From positions 4,900,001 through 4,960,000 of the forward strand of contig NC_087438.1 in assembly GCF_036321535.1 (NCBI RefSeq): a stretch of 60,000 bases of DNA, given 5' to 3'. Position numbers and translations under genes: made by a program. The notes under the pieces were generated by a model. The model saw nothing but the letters and a program-made list of their open reading frames with translations, had not been told where the DNA came from and did no database searches. The stretch's first letter is position 1. Each line of letters begins with the position of its first letter. The DNA is from Camelus dromedarius (lineage: Eukaryota). Positions 26,890-39,745 of the stretch are shown piece by piece.

Positions 26890-27190
26890 ATATCAAATAG
26901 AAGAGAAAACGAATAAACTGCAGCAACATTTATCAACAGACAAGACTTTATTCGGATTGCACCAGTTTTTAAAATTTACATCCCTTTTCTATTCCAGGAT
27001 GCGATGCAGGGAAACACATTACCGTTACTCATCCTGTCTCCTCAGTCTCGTTCAGTCTTTGAAACTTCACCAAAGATGTCTGCCTTCAGACCTCTTGGTA
27101 TCTCAGTGTTTCCTCGTCTTTGATGAAGTTGAAGAGTATCTGTCAGTTTTGTTTTCAGAGATCTCCCTCTGTTTGATTTTTGTTTGTTTT
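26890..27190 (-). mobile_element. Old L1MC-type 3' UTR fragment carrying a 45-bp foreign insert
   Basis: Aligns by eye with 13450-13670 ('agactttattcggattgcaccagtttt...tgaagagtatctgtcagttttgtttt'). Confidence 0.7.
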
Positions 27191-27783
27191 AGAATTGCTA
27201 ACCAATAAGCCCCGTAGAAACCAAACTACCAACTGGAGTGAAGTATTTCACTTTGTCTTTTTTTCCCCTTGTTTCTTAAGGTGGAAGCTTAGCTTACAGG
27301 TTTGAGAGCTTCCTTCTTTCCTGAGTGGTTTTTGCTATAAATTTTGTGTTAGCACTGCTCTAACTGCATTCTACAAATTTTGAAATGTATTTTCATAATT
27401 TTCATTCAGCTTAAAATATTTTTAATCTTACTATGCACTTCCTCTTCAACCCATGGGTAGTTATGAAGTATATTGTTTAATTCCTAAATATTTGCAGATT
27501 TTCCAGATGTCTTTCTGCTATTGGGTTTTAGTTTTAATTCAAGACGTGAGAAACTACTTAACTATGCTTTTTATTCTTTTAAATTTGTTAGAATTCTTAT
27601 AGCCCAGAGTGTGATCTCAAGGAATTTTCCACACATACTTAAAAAACGTTATTCTGCTGTTGTCCAATGAAGTATCAACTTAGTCAAGTTGTTCATTCAA
27701 GTCTCCTATATCTTTACTGACTTTCTGCCTATTTGTTCTTTTAAGTACAGAGAGAGGAATGTTGAAGACTCCAACTCAAATTA

Positions 27784-27874
27784 AATATATGTATGTATAT
27801 GCATGCCTAGGACATTGTGCTGTACACCAGAAATTCACACATTGTAACTGATTGCACTTCAATAAAAAGAAAAA
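27784..27874 (+). mobile_element. Short young L1 terminal fragment nested in an old L1
   Basis: 'atgtatgtatatgcatgcctaggacattgtgctgtacaccagaaattcacacattgtaactgattgcacttcaataaaaa'. Confidence 0.85.
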
Positions 27875-29631
27875 TATTTTGTCTGTTTCTTCTTCCAGTT
27901 CCATCAGTTTTCCTTCAATACTTTGAATTCTTTTGTCAAGTGTGCACACATTTATTATGTCTTCTTTTAAGAATTGATCTTCTTATCATTATGTAATGTC
28001 CTACTTTAACTCTGATCATTTTCCTTGTTTTGTTTACTTCAAACGTAATGTATGAAATAAACATAAGTATGACAGCTTTCTTTTGATGTACATCTTTTCC
28101 CATCCTATTAGTTTTCACTTATCTATGCCTTTATATTTATAGTGACTTTCTTATATATAACATGGAGTTGGGTCTTGTTTTTATCCAACCTAACAGTATT
28201 TTTCACTTTGTGTGTTAATTATTTAGTTTAAATGTAATTGTTGATATTTTTGGATTAAAACGTATCACATTCCTAGCAGCTTTCTACTCACTTAATCTTC
28301 TGTTTATTTTTTCATTTTTTCTTTTCTTGAGTTTTTCGAACAATTTTTGTGATTTCCGTTTTTACTTCTATTGTTGAGTGATTATTTACATCTCTTTTAA
28401 AAAGATTTTGATGGTTGCCCTAGGGTTTAAATGTAGATATTTATTTAATCAGAATCTATATTCAATTAATATTATACTTCTTTATATGTGATATAAGCAC
28501 CTTACAACTATATATTCTTTTAGGCATAAGAATATGTATAATAAACATATACATAAATTCTTCCCTCTTACTTGTGATATTATTGCTATACAGTTTACTT
28601 TTACACACACCATAAAGTGTTAAATTTTTGCTGTATACAGTTAGTTATCCTTTGAGCAATTAAAAAGAAAAGGAAAAGGAACTTTGTATTACCTTCATTT
28701 ATTACATTTCCACACTCTTTTTTGCTGTAGATTCATCCATGCTTCTGTTTGATACTTCATTCCTCCTGCCTCGAGGGGCATCCGCTAACATTTCTTGTGT
28801 AGTAGATCTGCTGGCGGTGAACTTCCTCAGTTTTTGTTTGTCTCAGAAAGCCTTTATTATATTTTTGAAGGATATTCTCACAGAGTATTAAATGCTGGGT
28901 TGATAAATTTTGGTTTCTTTCAGGACTTTAAAGCTGTCAATGCATTATGTTCTGACTTGCACAGTTTTCAACAAGTTTTCACCCCCATTCTTACCTTTGC
29001 TCCTTTTTATTTAATGTAATTTTTTCTGGCTAACCTCAAGTTTTTCTCCTTGTCTTTGGTTTTTGATGTTTGGTATTTGTTTTTGTTTTTAGCATATATT
29101 GCTCAATGTTTCTGAGCTTTATGGATCTGTGGTTTGGGGTCCGTAAATCATTTTGGAGAATTCTGTCACTGTTTCATAAAATTCTTCTCACGCGTTGCTT
29201 TCTCTTCCCCTTTTAGGATTCCCATTATGCGTGTATCCAAGCGCTAGATGTTTTTTCATAGCTGTTGGATGCTCTTTTTATTTTTCAGTCTTTCCTCTTT
29301 GTGTTTCAGTTGGGTAATTTTCGTTGACGTGTTTTCAGGTAGAGCCCATAGAAAGCATTCTGCATCTCTGGTACTGTGTTTTTCATTTCTAACATTTGTA
29401 TTTGATTTACAGTTTCCATCTCTCTGCTGATTTATTCATCTGATCTTTCATGTTATACACCTTTTCTATTAAACTCTTCAACATGAACGTATTAGTAATA
29501 GTTATTTTAAATTCCTAGTCAGATGATTATAACATCTGTATCATATCTGAGTTTGGTTCTGTTTATTTTTCTGTTTGGGGGAAGTTTGTTGCTCTTTTTT
29601 TGGTATGCTTTGAAGTTTGTTTTTTTCCCTT

Positions 29632-29708
29632 AACAGAGTCTCTGGGGATTGACCACAGGATCTCATGCACGCCAAGCACGCATCCTATCACTGAGCTACA
29701 CTACCCCT
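29632..29708 (-). mobile_element. tRNA-derived camelid SINE (Vic-1 type), diverged
   Basis: 'ctggggattgaccacaggatctcatgcacgccaagcacgcatcctatcactgagctac'. Confidence 0.7.
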
Positions 29709-29849
29709 CAACCCCCGGAGGTTTTTTAGTTGTTGTTGAAAGATGCCCATAGTACCGTAGAAACTGAATGAATAGTTTTACATTTGGAAATCGGCATATC
29801 TTTTCTTTCACTCATCCCTTCCTGGGGAGTTTTGTGTTAATCTAGTGAA

Positions 29850-30058
29850 AAGATCAGCACACATTTTTTGTAAACAGCCAACTAACAAGTATGTCAGACT
29901 TGTGAACTGTAAGCTCTCTACAACTCCACCAGCGCAGCGTGAAAGTAACCCCCGACAGTATGTAAACAGGTGGGTGTGGGTGTGTCCCAATAAAACTTTA
30001 TTCGCTGAGCAGGCAGTGGGCCAGATCTGATCTGGGGCCATGGTGTGTTGACCCGTGA
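29850..30058. mobile_element. MER58A hAT-Charlie MITE
   Basis: 'gggtgtgggtgtgtcccaataaaactttattcgctgagcaggcagtgggccagatctg'. Confidence 0.8.
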
Positions 30059-32431
30059 TCTACTTAGGAGCTGGGCTGGTTTTGAGGCTGTTGTTTTGAT
30101 TATTTCAATGCACCACTGGCTTCAAATTCTTCCAGCAATACCTTGTAGTATGGAGGCTGGCTTTCTAGAGGTTTCTCCTTAGATCCGCCCCACCTCAGCT
30201 TTAAGTCATCCCTTCCCCGGATCTTCAGGGAGAGTCTGTCTCTTGTGTATTTCCTAGCAGTATTTCACAATTACTTTTAATTGATGCTTGTTACCTGGTT
30301 TGGGGTGGATGGACTTCTCAGATGTCCAGATTAACCCTCAGTCTTAGAGGACTTGTGTCCTGGGTTTCAGGGGAGGGGACTTCACAAATGTTCCTGTCCA
30401 TCCTCCAGCTGCAGTTCTGGGTCCCTTTTGTGTCCTTGGTCCTACTCCCTCCCCTTCTAGGACCAAAGGCATTTCTTCTGTTCCCTTCCTGCAGCTGCAA
30501 GACAGTTTGGGGTTTTGTTTTATTTTGTTTTGTCTACAGTACCCCCACAGATCAGGCTTGTATTCCACAGGAAAGATGGGGAAGCAGGAGCCAGGTGGAA
30601 TTTTGTGCCCCTCCCCCAGTAGCTTTCTTGGGACTCCCCAGTCTTCTCTCTGGCATCTAAAGACCACGTGATAGAAGGCCTTCAGGAACATGTAACCACC
30701 TCCCACCCCTATTATCTGCTTCTCCCAGGGGCGGCACACTCTCCTTCCAGTCTGCACTCGGCCTTCTCCAATTCCTTGACAGTTCCAGCAGAATTCTACT
30801 TACGAGGGTCCAGCTGCATCTGACCCAGGTCAGCAAGTACTGGGGTCTCATCTTCCTGTAGGCACTGGCCTCTTTCCACACTTGGAGCTATTTCGCTGCC
30901 TTGTGGCCTCAGCTCTCTGACAGATGCAACTGAATCAGGAACCTGCATTGCTGTACAAGCGTAAGCCACACCTTTTCTGGGTGTCTGCATCCCCACGTAG
31001 AAACCGGAGCTCTCAAATTTTTACCGTTTCATATTCACTATTAGATCTTTTCTGCCTCTAGAATTGTTACTGTTATTCTGTGAAGTAGAGTTCCAATATT
31101 CTTCCTTTCTCTCCATGGCTAAATTTTTTTCTTAGCACAGTTCTTCTTTTTAAATTTTTTTTAAATGGTTATATAACTTACCTTCATTTTTTAATGATTT
31201 GAAGTCTATTTACTGTAAATTTTTCAGCTTGGTATTTTAAAACTTCAGCCTCCTCTGATGCTAATCTGTATGCTGTTTGCTGTTTCCCTTAGGGTTTTCA
31301 CAGAGGACTCCTTCACGTGGGTTTTTAAACTTTGGAATGGTTCTTTCTTTGCATGTCAATCCACAAGGCTTCAGTGGGTAAAATATCCCTCCATTTAATT
31401 TTGGTTTTCTACTTAATTCTTCCAGACGGCTCCACAGTGTCACTGGCCTAGGACCAATTTTTATATTAATCCCCCTAATTAGATTTTCCCACACCTCATG
31501 TGCAGAGAAAATTCAGACTCCTACTCAGGCAAAATCCTGGCCTGGAGTTTTCATTCCTCCTGGAAGATATTTTCCCAGAGGCAAGGCCGACCTGAGCTGT
31601 CCCCTCCCCTGATGGGCAGAACATCTCGGTCTCCCTTTGTCTGGGTTTGCAGCCCCCTGGGAGCTGCTGTTTCGTGCACAGGCTTTAACCCTGCTGGCTC
31701 CTCCATTCCCGGCACAGACCCGAGGACAGCAGCTGAGTCGGCCTGAACTCCTCCTCTGCCTCTCGGCCACACTGCCCTCTGGGTCTGAGGAGCCACAATT
31801 CTTAAAAAACAGGAACATGTGCATTGCACTGATAAAACATCAAGAGCATCCTTATCACATCCCGAATTAAACACTTCAGCCCAGATGGGGTGATGCGAGG
31901 ACCACTCTATGCGAGAAGCTGTTCAGGAAGCTTTCTCCTGCTGTCTCCTCAGCCCCTCCTCTGCCATCTCCCCAGGGATGCCACCGCTGGCACTTCTGAC
32001 ACCTGAGAAATTCCTGGACCCACGTGACACATGCCAAAGCTTCAGAAACTTGACCCCTTCTGCTTCCGTCTGGATGTGTAAAATTGGAGAGCACTCATCT
32101 GAAGCTACATCATATACACACTGTACACAATCCTTGCTTCCTAATCTCTTCCCCCAGCCAAAGCAGGATCTGGACGTCCCCACATGTCTCCGAAGATGTG
32201 TTGATGTGTTCCCAAGGCAGCTCTGCTGGGGCAGCCTCCTCCTCCTCACCACTCCCTGCCCCTGTCCTGCCTTGGCTGCACCTCATCCTGCCTGAGGCTG
32301 GCTGCAGTTGGAGCATCTGCAGGAATTACTGCAAAAAGGCCTTGAAAGCTCAGATGAGACAGGAGATGTGGGTTCCAATCTTGCTTTTTCAGTAACTCAC
32401 AGTAAAACCTTATGCAGCCCCTACATTGCTC

Positions 32432-32631
32432 TTTTTTTAAGTATTTTAGTTTAATTTTTTTTAATTGAAGTACAGTTGGTTACAATGTGTCAATTTCTGG
32501 TGTACAGCACAATGTCCCAGTCATGCATATACCTAATATATAAAAAAGAAACAAGATAAAAAAGGACACTATGAACTCATCTACAAAACAGAAACAGACT
32601 CGCAGACATAGCAAACAATCTTATGGTTACC
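32432..32631 (-). mobile_element. Young short L1 with 5' inversion
   Basis: 32432-32532 is the antisense terminal 3' end; 32535-32631 is a sense 3' UTR piece 'ggacactatgaactcatctacaaaacagaaacagactcgcagacatag'. Confidence 0.8.
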
Positions 32632-33299
32632 ACTTTTTACTACTGTTGTCTTCCGGGCCAAAGGGACCATGAGACATTCATCTTGTCTTATGAAACGCGT
32701 GGTAAAGGCATTATAAAGGGATGAGGGAGGACCACCCAATAGAGATTTTTATTAATTGATTTGCAAACTTAAGCCTTCTTTTTCTTACCTTTTTTTCACA
32801 AGTGTCAGCTTACTTTTAGAGCATTGCCATTTTCAGCCTGTATTTCTTAAACCATGGCTCACTTTCCCCCAGAGCCAGACTCTTCTGTTTTTCTCACTTA
32901 CCGGTTGGGTGGATGGGGAGGAGGCCTTGCACCGATACTAGTGATGTAGCGATCTCCCGGCGTCTGTGTAGAGTCGTGCTGAGAAGGGCTGCTCCTCAGG
33001 GTCACCAGGACACTAACTGTCACAGCTCTCAGTGGGGTGGGTACCCATCAGGGAAGGCTGCCTGCACGGCAGAGCCGGGAGCTGCAGACAGTCACACCAC
33101 GACTTCTTCCCTATGGTGACGCCTTGTGCACGGGGACAATATGAAAGGTCCCGAGGCTCAGGCTGTCCCCACTCGTCTCAGACCTGTCAGCAGACTTCAT
33201 TCACAGACTCATTCGGTTGCCCTTCATTTATGAGCCGTCCTTGTACGTTGGAGGAAGAATCAGACTTTGCACCTGGCTGGTGGCAGCTAAGACAGGGCT

Positions 33300-33700
33300 G
33301 CAGGCAGGTCTCAGCAGGTGCTGACCGATGGGGACGCGCACAGTCGCGGTCATGCACTCCCCTGCCCTCCGGGAGGCATGGTCCTGGGAGCATGAGCCTG
33401 ACCCAGCTGGACTTCAGAGCCGGGGAGAGGCCCTCCCTGGGGCGCCCCGGGGGCCTGCCCGGGCAGGAGACCAGTTGCAGTCAGGCCTCCGGGCATCAGG
33501 AGAAGCGGGGACAGCATGCACAGCGAGGGGAGGCAGCGGATAATGAGACGCCGGGAGGCGGGCCCGGGGGGTGGAGCATCAGTGGGGCGGGCTGCGAACC
33601 AGGCGGGACAACTGAGGGACCGGCACATCCAAAGTCCGCCCGTGTCAGAATGCTTCCAGGGAGGGTTCGCAGGGTCCCAGCGTCTGAGTGGAGAACCTCA
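33300..33700. promoter_or_regulatory. Borderline CpG island with GC box
   Basis: About 26 CpG in 400 bp by hand count; GGGGCGGGC at 33584. Confidence 0.35.
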
Positions 33701-35094
33701 ACAAGAAGGCCAAGGAAAGCTTCTCTACGAGGGATGCATCTATAGTGCACCTGATGGGGGCCCGGTAACAGATTTAAATGTGGCATTTTTATTTGAAACA
33801 TCACGAAAGTCAGTGCTCTGTGTCCGAACTGCAGAGCCGTTACTCAGTTACAGTGAGCAGCAGGTTGGCCTCACATCTTCTGTTATCTCCCTCCTTTTGT
33901 GTTTGACCTTGTATGTTGATATGTATTATTTTATTAAATATATTATTACTATTATATTTATTATATATGAGTTTACTGTATCTTTTTATTCTATGTACCT
34001 AATGTATTAATTTATTATATGTTACCTATAATATGAGTTCTTTTATTGACAATAGTAGAGTTTGAGGAGGAAGCAGAGACATCTGCATGCATTCAGTAGA
34101 TCATATATGACTGGAAAAATTTTTTTCAACTTATTTAAAATTATAATTTAATTCTGTGATGGGTTGAAAGAATAAATAGAGATTCCTAGGTAGGTCTCTG
34201 TAAAACCTGTAAAGTTATTTACAAAATTCAGTGTGAGTGAATCACTCTGGAATGGGGTCTGTAGCTCCTGTCAACTTCTCAGAGAAGTCCCAGATTAAAA
34301 ACAAAAAACCAAAACAAACAAACAAACAAAAAACCTGCCAGGAACCTTGATTTTATTGGAACAGAGTCAACTCAGATGAGATGCACTACTTCTTAAATAA
34401 AAGAATTTTTTTTTGTATTTTAGGAAAGTATTTTTAAGACATATGTGTATCTCACAAATTTTACTTTAAAATAGATCCATAATCGTAATAGTCTTGCAGT
34501 TCCACACAGTTTTAAACCTCAGTCTGGGCAACATGACATAACAGTTCACGCGCCAGAACACAGGGAATTCAGGGCCACAGAGGTTGCAGGAAAATAAAGA
34601 AAACAAAAGAAAACAAAAATTGCTTGGATATTTTGTAAGAATATGTCCTCATTTTTGTCAAAACTCTAGGATTAAAAGAAGAGATAGTTTTCAGAGAATT
34701 CCAAAAATCCTATACAGTAAAAATTAAAAGATATTATAACATCAAAATAAAATATTTTCATGAGAAATTAGTACTTCAGAACATCACGCCAGCTTTGTTT
34801 TTAGAAGACTGAGTGACAAAAGAAACTGTTATTTTACCTTCATAAAAATGTAAAACATCAATTAAAAAATAACCTAAATTATATCAAAACATTGTGAAAA
34901 TATCTGGAAAAATATGATAAAGGATCAATATGCTAAATAATTAAAGATTACAATGAGAAATTCATCCAGGACCCTTTTGAGGAGTGGGAGAAGTAAGAAA
35001 TATAAAAGGACAACAGAGCAATGAAAATGTAATTTCTAAAGAAAGTTTAAAATGTTTTTCCACAGTATTGAACAGAGACATAGCAATTCAAGAT

Positions 35095-35930
35095 TCTTGC
35101 GTGACCTGCCATGTGACCCAGCAATCCCACTTCTGGGTGTACGTTCAAAAGGGAGTGCAAACAGAACGTCGAAGAGATGCCTGCAGCCCTGTGCTCACTG
35201 CAGCATCATCCACCATCCAAGTCACAGCAACTCTCTAAGGGTCCGTCAGCGGCCAAGTAAAGATGGAGGATGTACATGATACAACAGAATATTATCGGCC
35301 ACGAGAAGGAAGAAAATCCTGCCACTCGTGACAACATCGATGCACCTGGAGGGCGTTATGCTAAGTGAAATAAGCCAGACAGAGAAAGACAAATACTGCT
35401 TGGTATCACTTCTATGTAGAATCTGAAATTTAAAAAAAAATCAGAATGAATGTATCTATGTCCATGTATACCTGAGAAATTGTGCTCTACACTGGAATTT
35501 GACACAATATTGTAAAATTATTATAAATCAATAAAAAATGTTAAAAAAAATCAGAATCACAGAAAGAGAGAGTAGGAAATTGGCTGCCAGGGGCTGCGGG
35601 TGAAGGAAGTAGACAGAGGTTGTTGGTAAAAGGGTAAAAACTTTCAGATGAATAAAGCTTAAGGATCTAATAGAAAACATAACCACTATAATTGATAACA
35701 CTGTATTGCGTAATTGAAATTTGCTGAGAGTAAATTTTAAATCTCTTTCACACACACATACAAAGGATAAAGGTGTGAGGTGATGAATGTGTCATTTAAC
35801 TAGATGAGAGGGATCCTTTCAAAAAATCTGTAAGCGATCACAATGGACACTTTAAAATATCTGACAATTTCACTCATCAGTTATACCTCAATAAAGCTGA
35901 AGCTTTTGCAAGAATAAAATAAAATAAAAA
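35095..35930 (+). mobile_element. L1 3' end (ORF2 C-terminus and 3' UTR) within older L1 remnants
   Basis: 'LPCDPAIPLLG' (35052 ORF); 'ctaagtgaaataagccagacagagaaagacaaatactg'; 'atacctcaataaagctg'. Confidence 0.85.
35448..35542 (+). mobile_element. Short L1 terminal fragment with 15-bp TSD
   Basis: TSD aaaaaaaatcagaat at 35433-35447 and 35543-35557. Confidence 0.8.
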
Positions 35931-37335
35931 CTAGATAACATCTAACATAGATTAGAGCTAATAATGCTCAGTGCTGGTGGAGTTAGTGAGATGTACACGA
36001 TTTGGCAGCGGAATTGGTTACTTACTTTTTGTAAAATTACTTGGAAATACGTGGCAAGAAACTCTAAAATGTCTTTCTTTGAACCAGTAATTGTAATTCT
36101 TGAAGATAGTGTATGTAAAATTGCTATCAACTCTTGGTAAAGGTGGCCTTAGAAATGTCGCATATAAAGTTAAACATTACAAACCACTGGTTCAACAATA
36201 GCGTATAGCATAAAATAAAGCATGTGAAAATTCAAAAACCATAAGTGGATACTTGGAGTCTCGGCAAGGGAACTGCCATGGTGTTAAACAGTAAAGGAGA
36301 AGATTCAGAATGTGATATGCATCCACTTTTTGAAAGTGTTTTTAGAAATTATTGGTTAGAAAAGTGCCAAAATGTTAGTGCTAATTTCTTCTGGGTAATG
36401 AGACTACTTGTACTTTTCATTTCACCCTTAAATTTTCTGTATTACTCTGAACTTTTCAAGTTAAACATGTTTCACTCCTGTACTCAGGAAAAAAGGAAAC
36501 TTAAAAATTAGATGTCTGAGTGTTCCATAATAGTGGCTTTTATTTTAATTAGGGTTTTAAAATGCCCGTGAATTCTCAAAACTCACAGCGGCACATGCCT
36601 TATTCAATGGCTGGCAAATGAGCACAGCGACATCCGTACGTTCCTTAATGACTTTTGATTCATGCTGGACACAGAAGCTCCGTCTGCTGCTTCAAGAGGA
36701 AGAATGACTCTAGCGAAACTGTCATCTTGTCAAATTCTGACAGTCCTATATTTTCAATATCAAGATCGTCTCCCAAAAGAAAAAGATGAAAATGGAAATG
36801 TTCTTTTAAAACCGACTTGTGAGTATAGGAAATCAAACTGGAGTGCGGGTACTGGGAAGGCAGTCTTTCTCTAAGTGCTGCCCTGCGGGCACAGGGGATA
36901 ATGAGATTTCACCGACTTGCTAGACTGCAGGAGGCTTTGCAACTGTGCTGATAAAGTCGCAGCCACAGCCCACATCTAGCATTCTCCTTTTTACGAGACC
37001 GTTTCATGATTCCCTCTTAAGACAGCTCACAAGCTTTTTTGTTTGTTTGTACTTGTTTCCAACCTCCTGTATGTTTACACGATTTCTCCATTTTCTCCTA
37101 ACATTTTCATTCAGCAAGGAGGACTGGGCAAGACTGAAGTCAGCACCTAGGTATTGACTCACCATTATCTGCTGGGCATTTAAGCAGAGAGGTTCACTGG
37201 ACGTACATATCTGGAAGTGTCTGGCTACATATTTGCAGGGAGAGGAAAAAGAAATTCCGGGGTGGGCCATTCAGAATCCAGCTAGGAAATAGTTCTTTCA
37301 AATATGTCATAATATAGGTATTTGGTTATACAAAT

Positions 37336-38218
37336 TGTAACCGAGCAAGACCCTATGGGGCCTTCCTGGGACAGACCCCTCCTCCATATTCAAACCACCA
37401 CCAAATGGAAGGAATAAATTAACAATGGGGAATACTGTCCTCAGTGACCATATGGTATTTGTAACTGCTTAATTGTATAATGGTTTAGTGGCTTTTCTCA
37501 TGCCGTTGCCAATCAGAGTTGGTCTGAAGTGAGGAGGCTTAGATGGACTGCCCAACCCCTGGTGATGCTCTGCTTGGAGATCATGCCCAGGGCCCTGCCT
37601 TTTGCTCCTGCCACCTCAGAAACAGCAGGTGGATGTTTTGTGAATCTTGTTGTTCTAACTCACCCCAACTAGGCATGTCTGCAGTTAGTTTCAGTCCCTT
37701 GTGGTTCCTTTGTACTCTGTTGTTTGAGGTGCAGGCCCCAGCCTGTGCAAACACTGCAGCAAGAGGTCCCAGGTCTCAACCTGCCAAAGACGCTAGAAGA
37801 ATTTACCAACTTGACTTTAAACTGTACAAGTTTTTCTCTAGAGCACTTCTCCACAGACCCCCTTCCTAAGCACCCTTTGTTCTAGGCACAGGGATATTAG
37901 GAGATTCCCAAAGCCAGAGGCAAACATCACACCCAGCAGAAGGAAGGGGACTGTTGCATCTGCAAAAATGAGAACAACTTTAACAAATCTGTAATCCTGT
38001 TTGATCTCTATGGAAACTAGCTCTGCCCCTTGAACTCTTGAACTTTTACTATAAAACCTCCCACCTTCTCTCCCTAGCAGGCTCACAGTCTTGGAGGCAT
38101 TAGCCCACTGTGACCTTCTCTGCCTGGCAAAGAAATGAAGCTGCCTTTTCTACTTCATCAGAAACTCTGTCCTCAAGTCTCAATTCAGTAATCAGGACAC
38201 AGAAACCGAGTTTCAACA
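37336..38218 (+). mobile_element. ERV1-class solo LTR with internal non-LTR-looking segment
   Basis: Starts tgtaaccgagc, ends gagtttcaaca; TATA-like 'ctataaaa' near 38050; 5' end shared with the LTR at 50273. Confidence 0.75.
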
Positions 38219-38359
38219 AATTGATGATTGGAAAAAGTAAATAACCGAAGAGGATAATGAGGACCCCAGAGTCTGGTAGCCATGAGTGACTGCCAGCATC
38301 CCTAGTTTTGAAGAACAAAGATGCAAATAAATACACACACCCTGCTAGCAGATCAAAAA

Positions 38360-38770
38360 ATTTAGGATTATAAAAAATGCCAATTCTCCCCACATTGATT
38401 ACAGGTTCAAGACAATCGTAATCCTAATTGCCAGAGGATTTTCTTTGGAAAATGACCAGCTGACTCTGGAGTCATGGAAACACAACTTAGAACAGCTAAA
38501 ACAGTCTTGTAGAAGACCAAAAGTGGAATATATAAAAAATAGGTGACTTTAAAAGTTACTAAAATGATATAGTAACCAAGAGAGTGGTGTCAGCATTAAA
38601 AAAAAAAAAATCAATGAACCCAAAATACCAGAGATAGACTCATGTATATAGTTAATTGATTTTTCAGAAAGAGGTCAAAGCAACTTAATGAAAAAAATTA
38701 ATCTCTTTTGAACAAATGGTGCTGGAAAAACTGGATGTATGCATGGAGAAAAGGAACAAAAGCAAGGGCA
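38360..38770 (+). mobile_element. Old L1 ORF2 fragment
   Basis: 'caattctccccacattgattacaggttcaagacaatc...aacaaatggtgctggaaaaactggatg'. Confidence 0.75.
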
Positions 38771-39166
38771 AATGTCTAGTAGGATTACCATGGGATCAGA
38801 ATTTATAAGGAAGAGGTGGCACTGCCCGGGCTCTTCTGCAAGGGCAGAAGGCAGAATGCAGACAGGGCTGAGGGTTGGAGTCTCTCTTTTCATGTGAGAT
38901 TTGTACCTGTGTAAGGTGAAGGGGGACTTGGAGGCAGGAGGAAGGTTGTTGATACCCTAAGTGAGCCCCAGCAGAAAGGAGCAGGTGCCTAAGGCAAAGC
39001 CTAGAAAGCTTGAGGCCACACCTGCCTGAGAGTCAGCAGAGAAAGAAGAGCGATCAGGGGAACAGAGGCAGATGGGTTTCCACGAGACAGAGGGGGAGTG
39101 CGAAAAGACTGTTCTTCTTCCCTTGGTTTGCTTAGGCACATTTGTTAAAATTCAAGTGGGCACAAA

Positions 39167-39745
39167 TTATTGAAGTGTAGCTGATTTACATGTTAATTTT
39201 GGGTATTATACCTATACATACATATAATTTTTTTTTCAGATTCTTTTCCATTATATGTTATTACAAGAAACTGAATATAGTTCCCAGGGCTATACAATAG
39301 GTCCTTGTTGTTTATCTCTTTAATATATAGTAATGTGTGTCTGTTAATCCCAAACTCCTGATTTGTCCTTCACCTGCCCTTTCCCCTTTGGTAACCATAA
39401 TTTGTCTTCTATGCCTGTGAATCTGTTTTTGGTTTGTAAATAGAACTTTGTGTCATTTTTTTAGATTCCACTTACAAGTGATATTATATGATATTTGTCT
39501 TTCTCTGCCTGACTTACTTCAATTAATATGATAATCTCTAGGTCCATCCACGTTTCTGCAAATGGTATTATTTCATTCTTTTTAATGGCTGAGTAACATT
39601 TCATTGTGTACCCCGATGTTCACAGCAGCACTATTTACAGTAGCCAAAACATGGAAACAACCCAAATGTCCATTGATAAATGACCGGATAAAGAAGATGT
39701 GGTTATAGACACACACAAACACACACACACACACACACACACACA
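39167..39745 (-). mobile_element. L1 3' end with 5' inversion and (CA)n at the outer border
   Basis: 39167-39610 antisense; 39611-39705 sense 'ccccgatgttcacagcagcactatttacagtagcc...gataaagaagatgtgg'. Confidence 0.85.

Larger units (their letters stand above)
27290..30960 (-). mobile_element. Old L1M 5' half (ORF2 endonuclease region, ORF1, 5' UTR), decayed
   Basis: Antisense endonuclease-domain motifs (27936..28118 'IRVKVGHYIMIRRSI'); ORF1-like 'ctgagctttatggatctgtggtttgg'; the 5' boundary is uncertain. Confidence 0.7.

Noticed and set aside
33032..33745. 237-aa ORF, the longest in the window
   Set aside because: GC-rich, stop-poor sequence with overlapping ORFs on both strands; no recognisable domain; it starts at GTG
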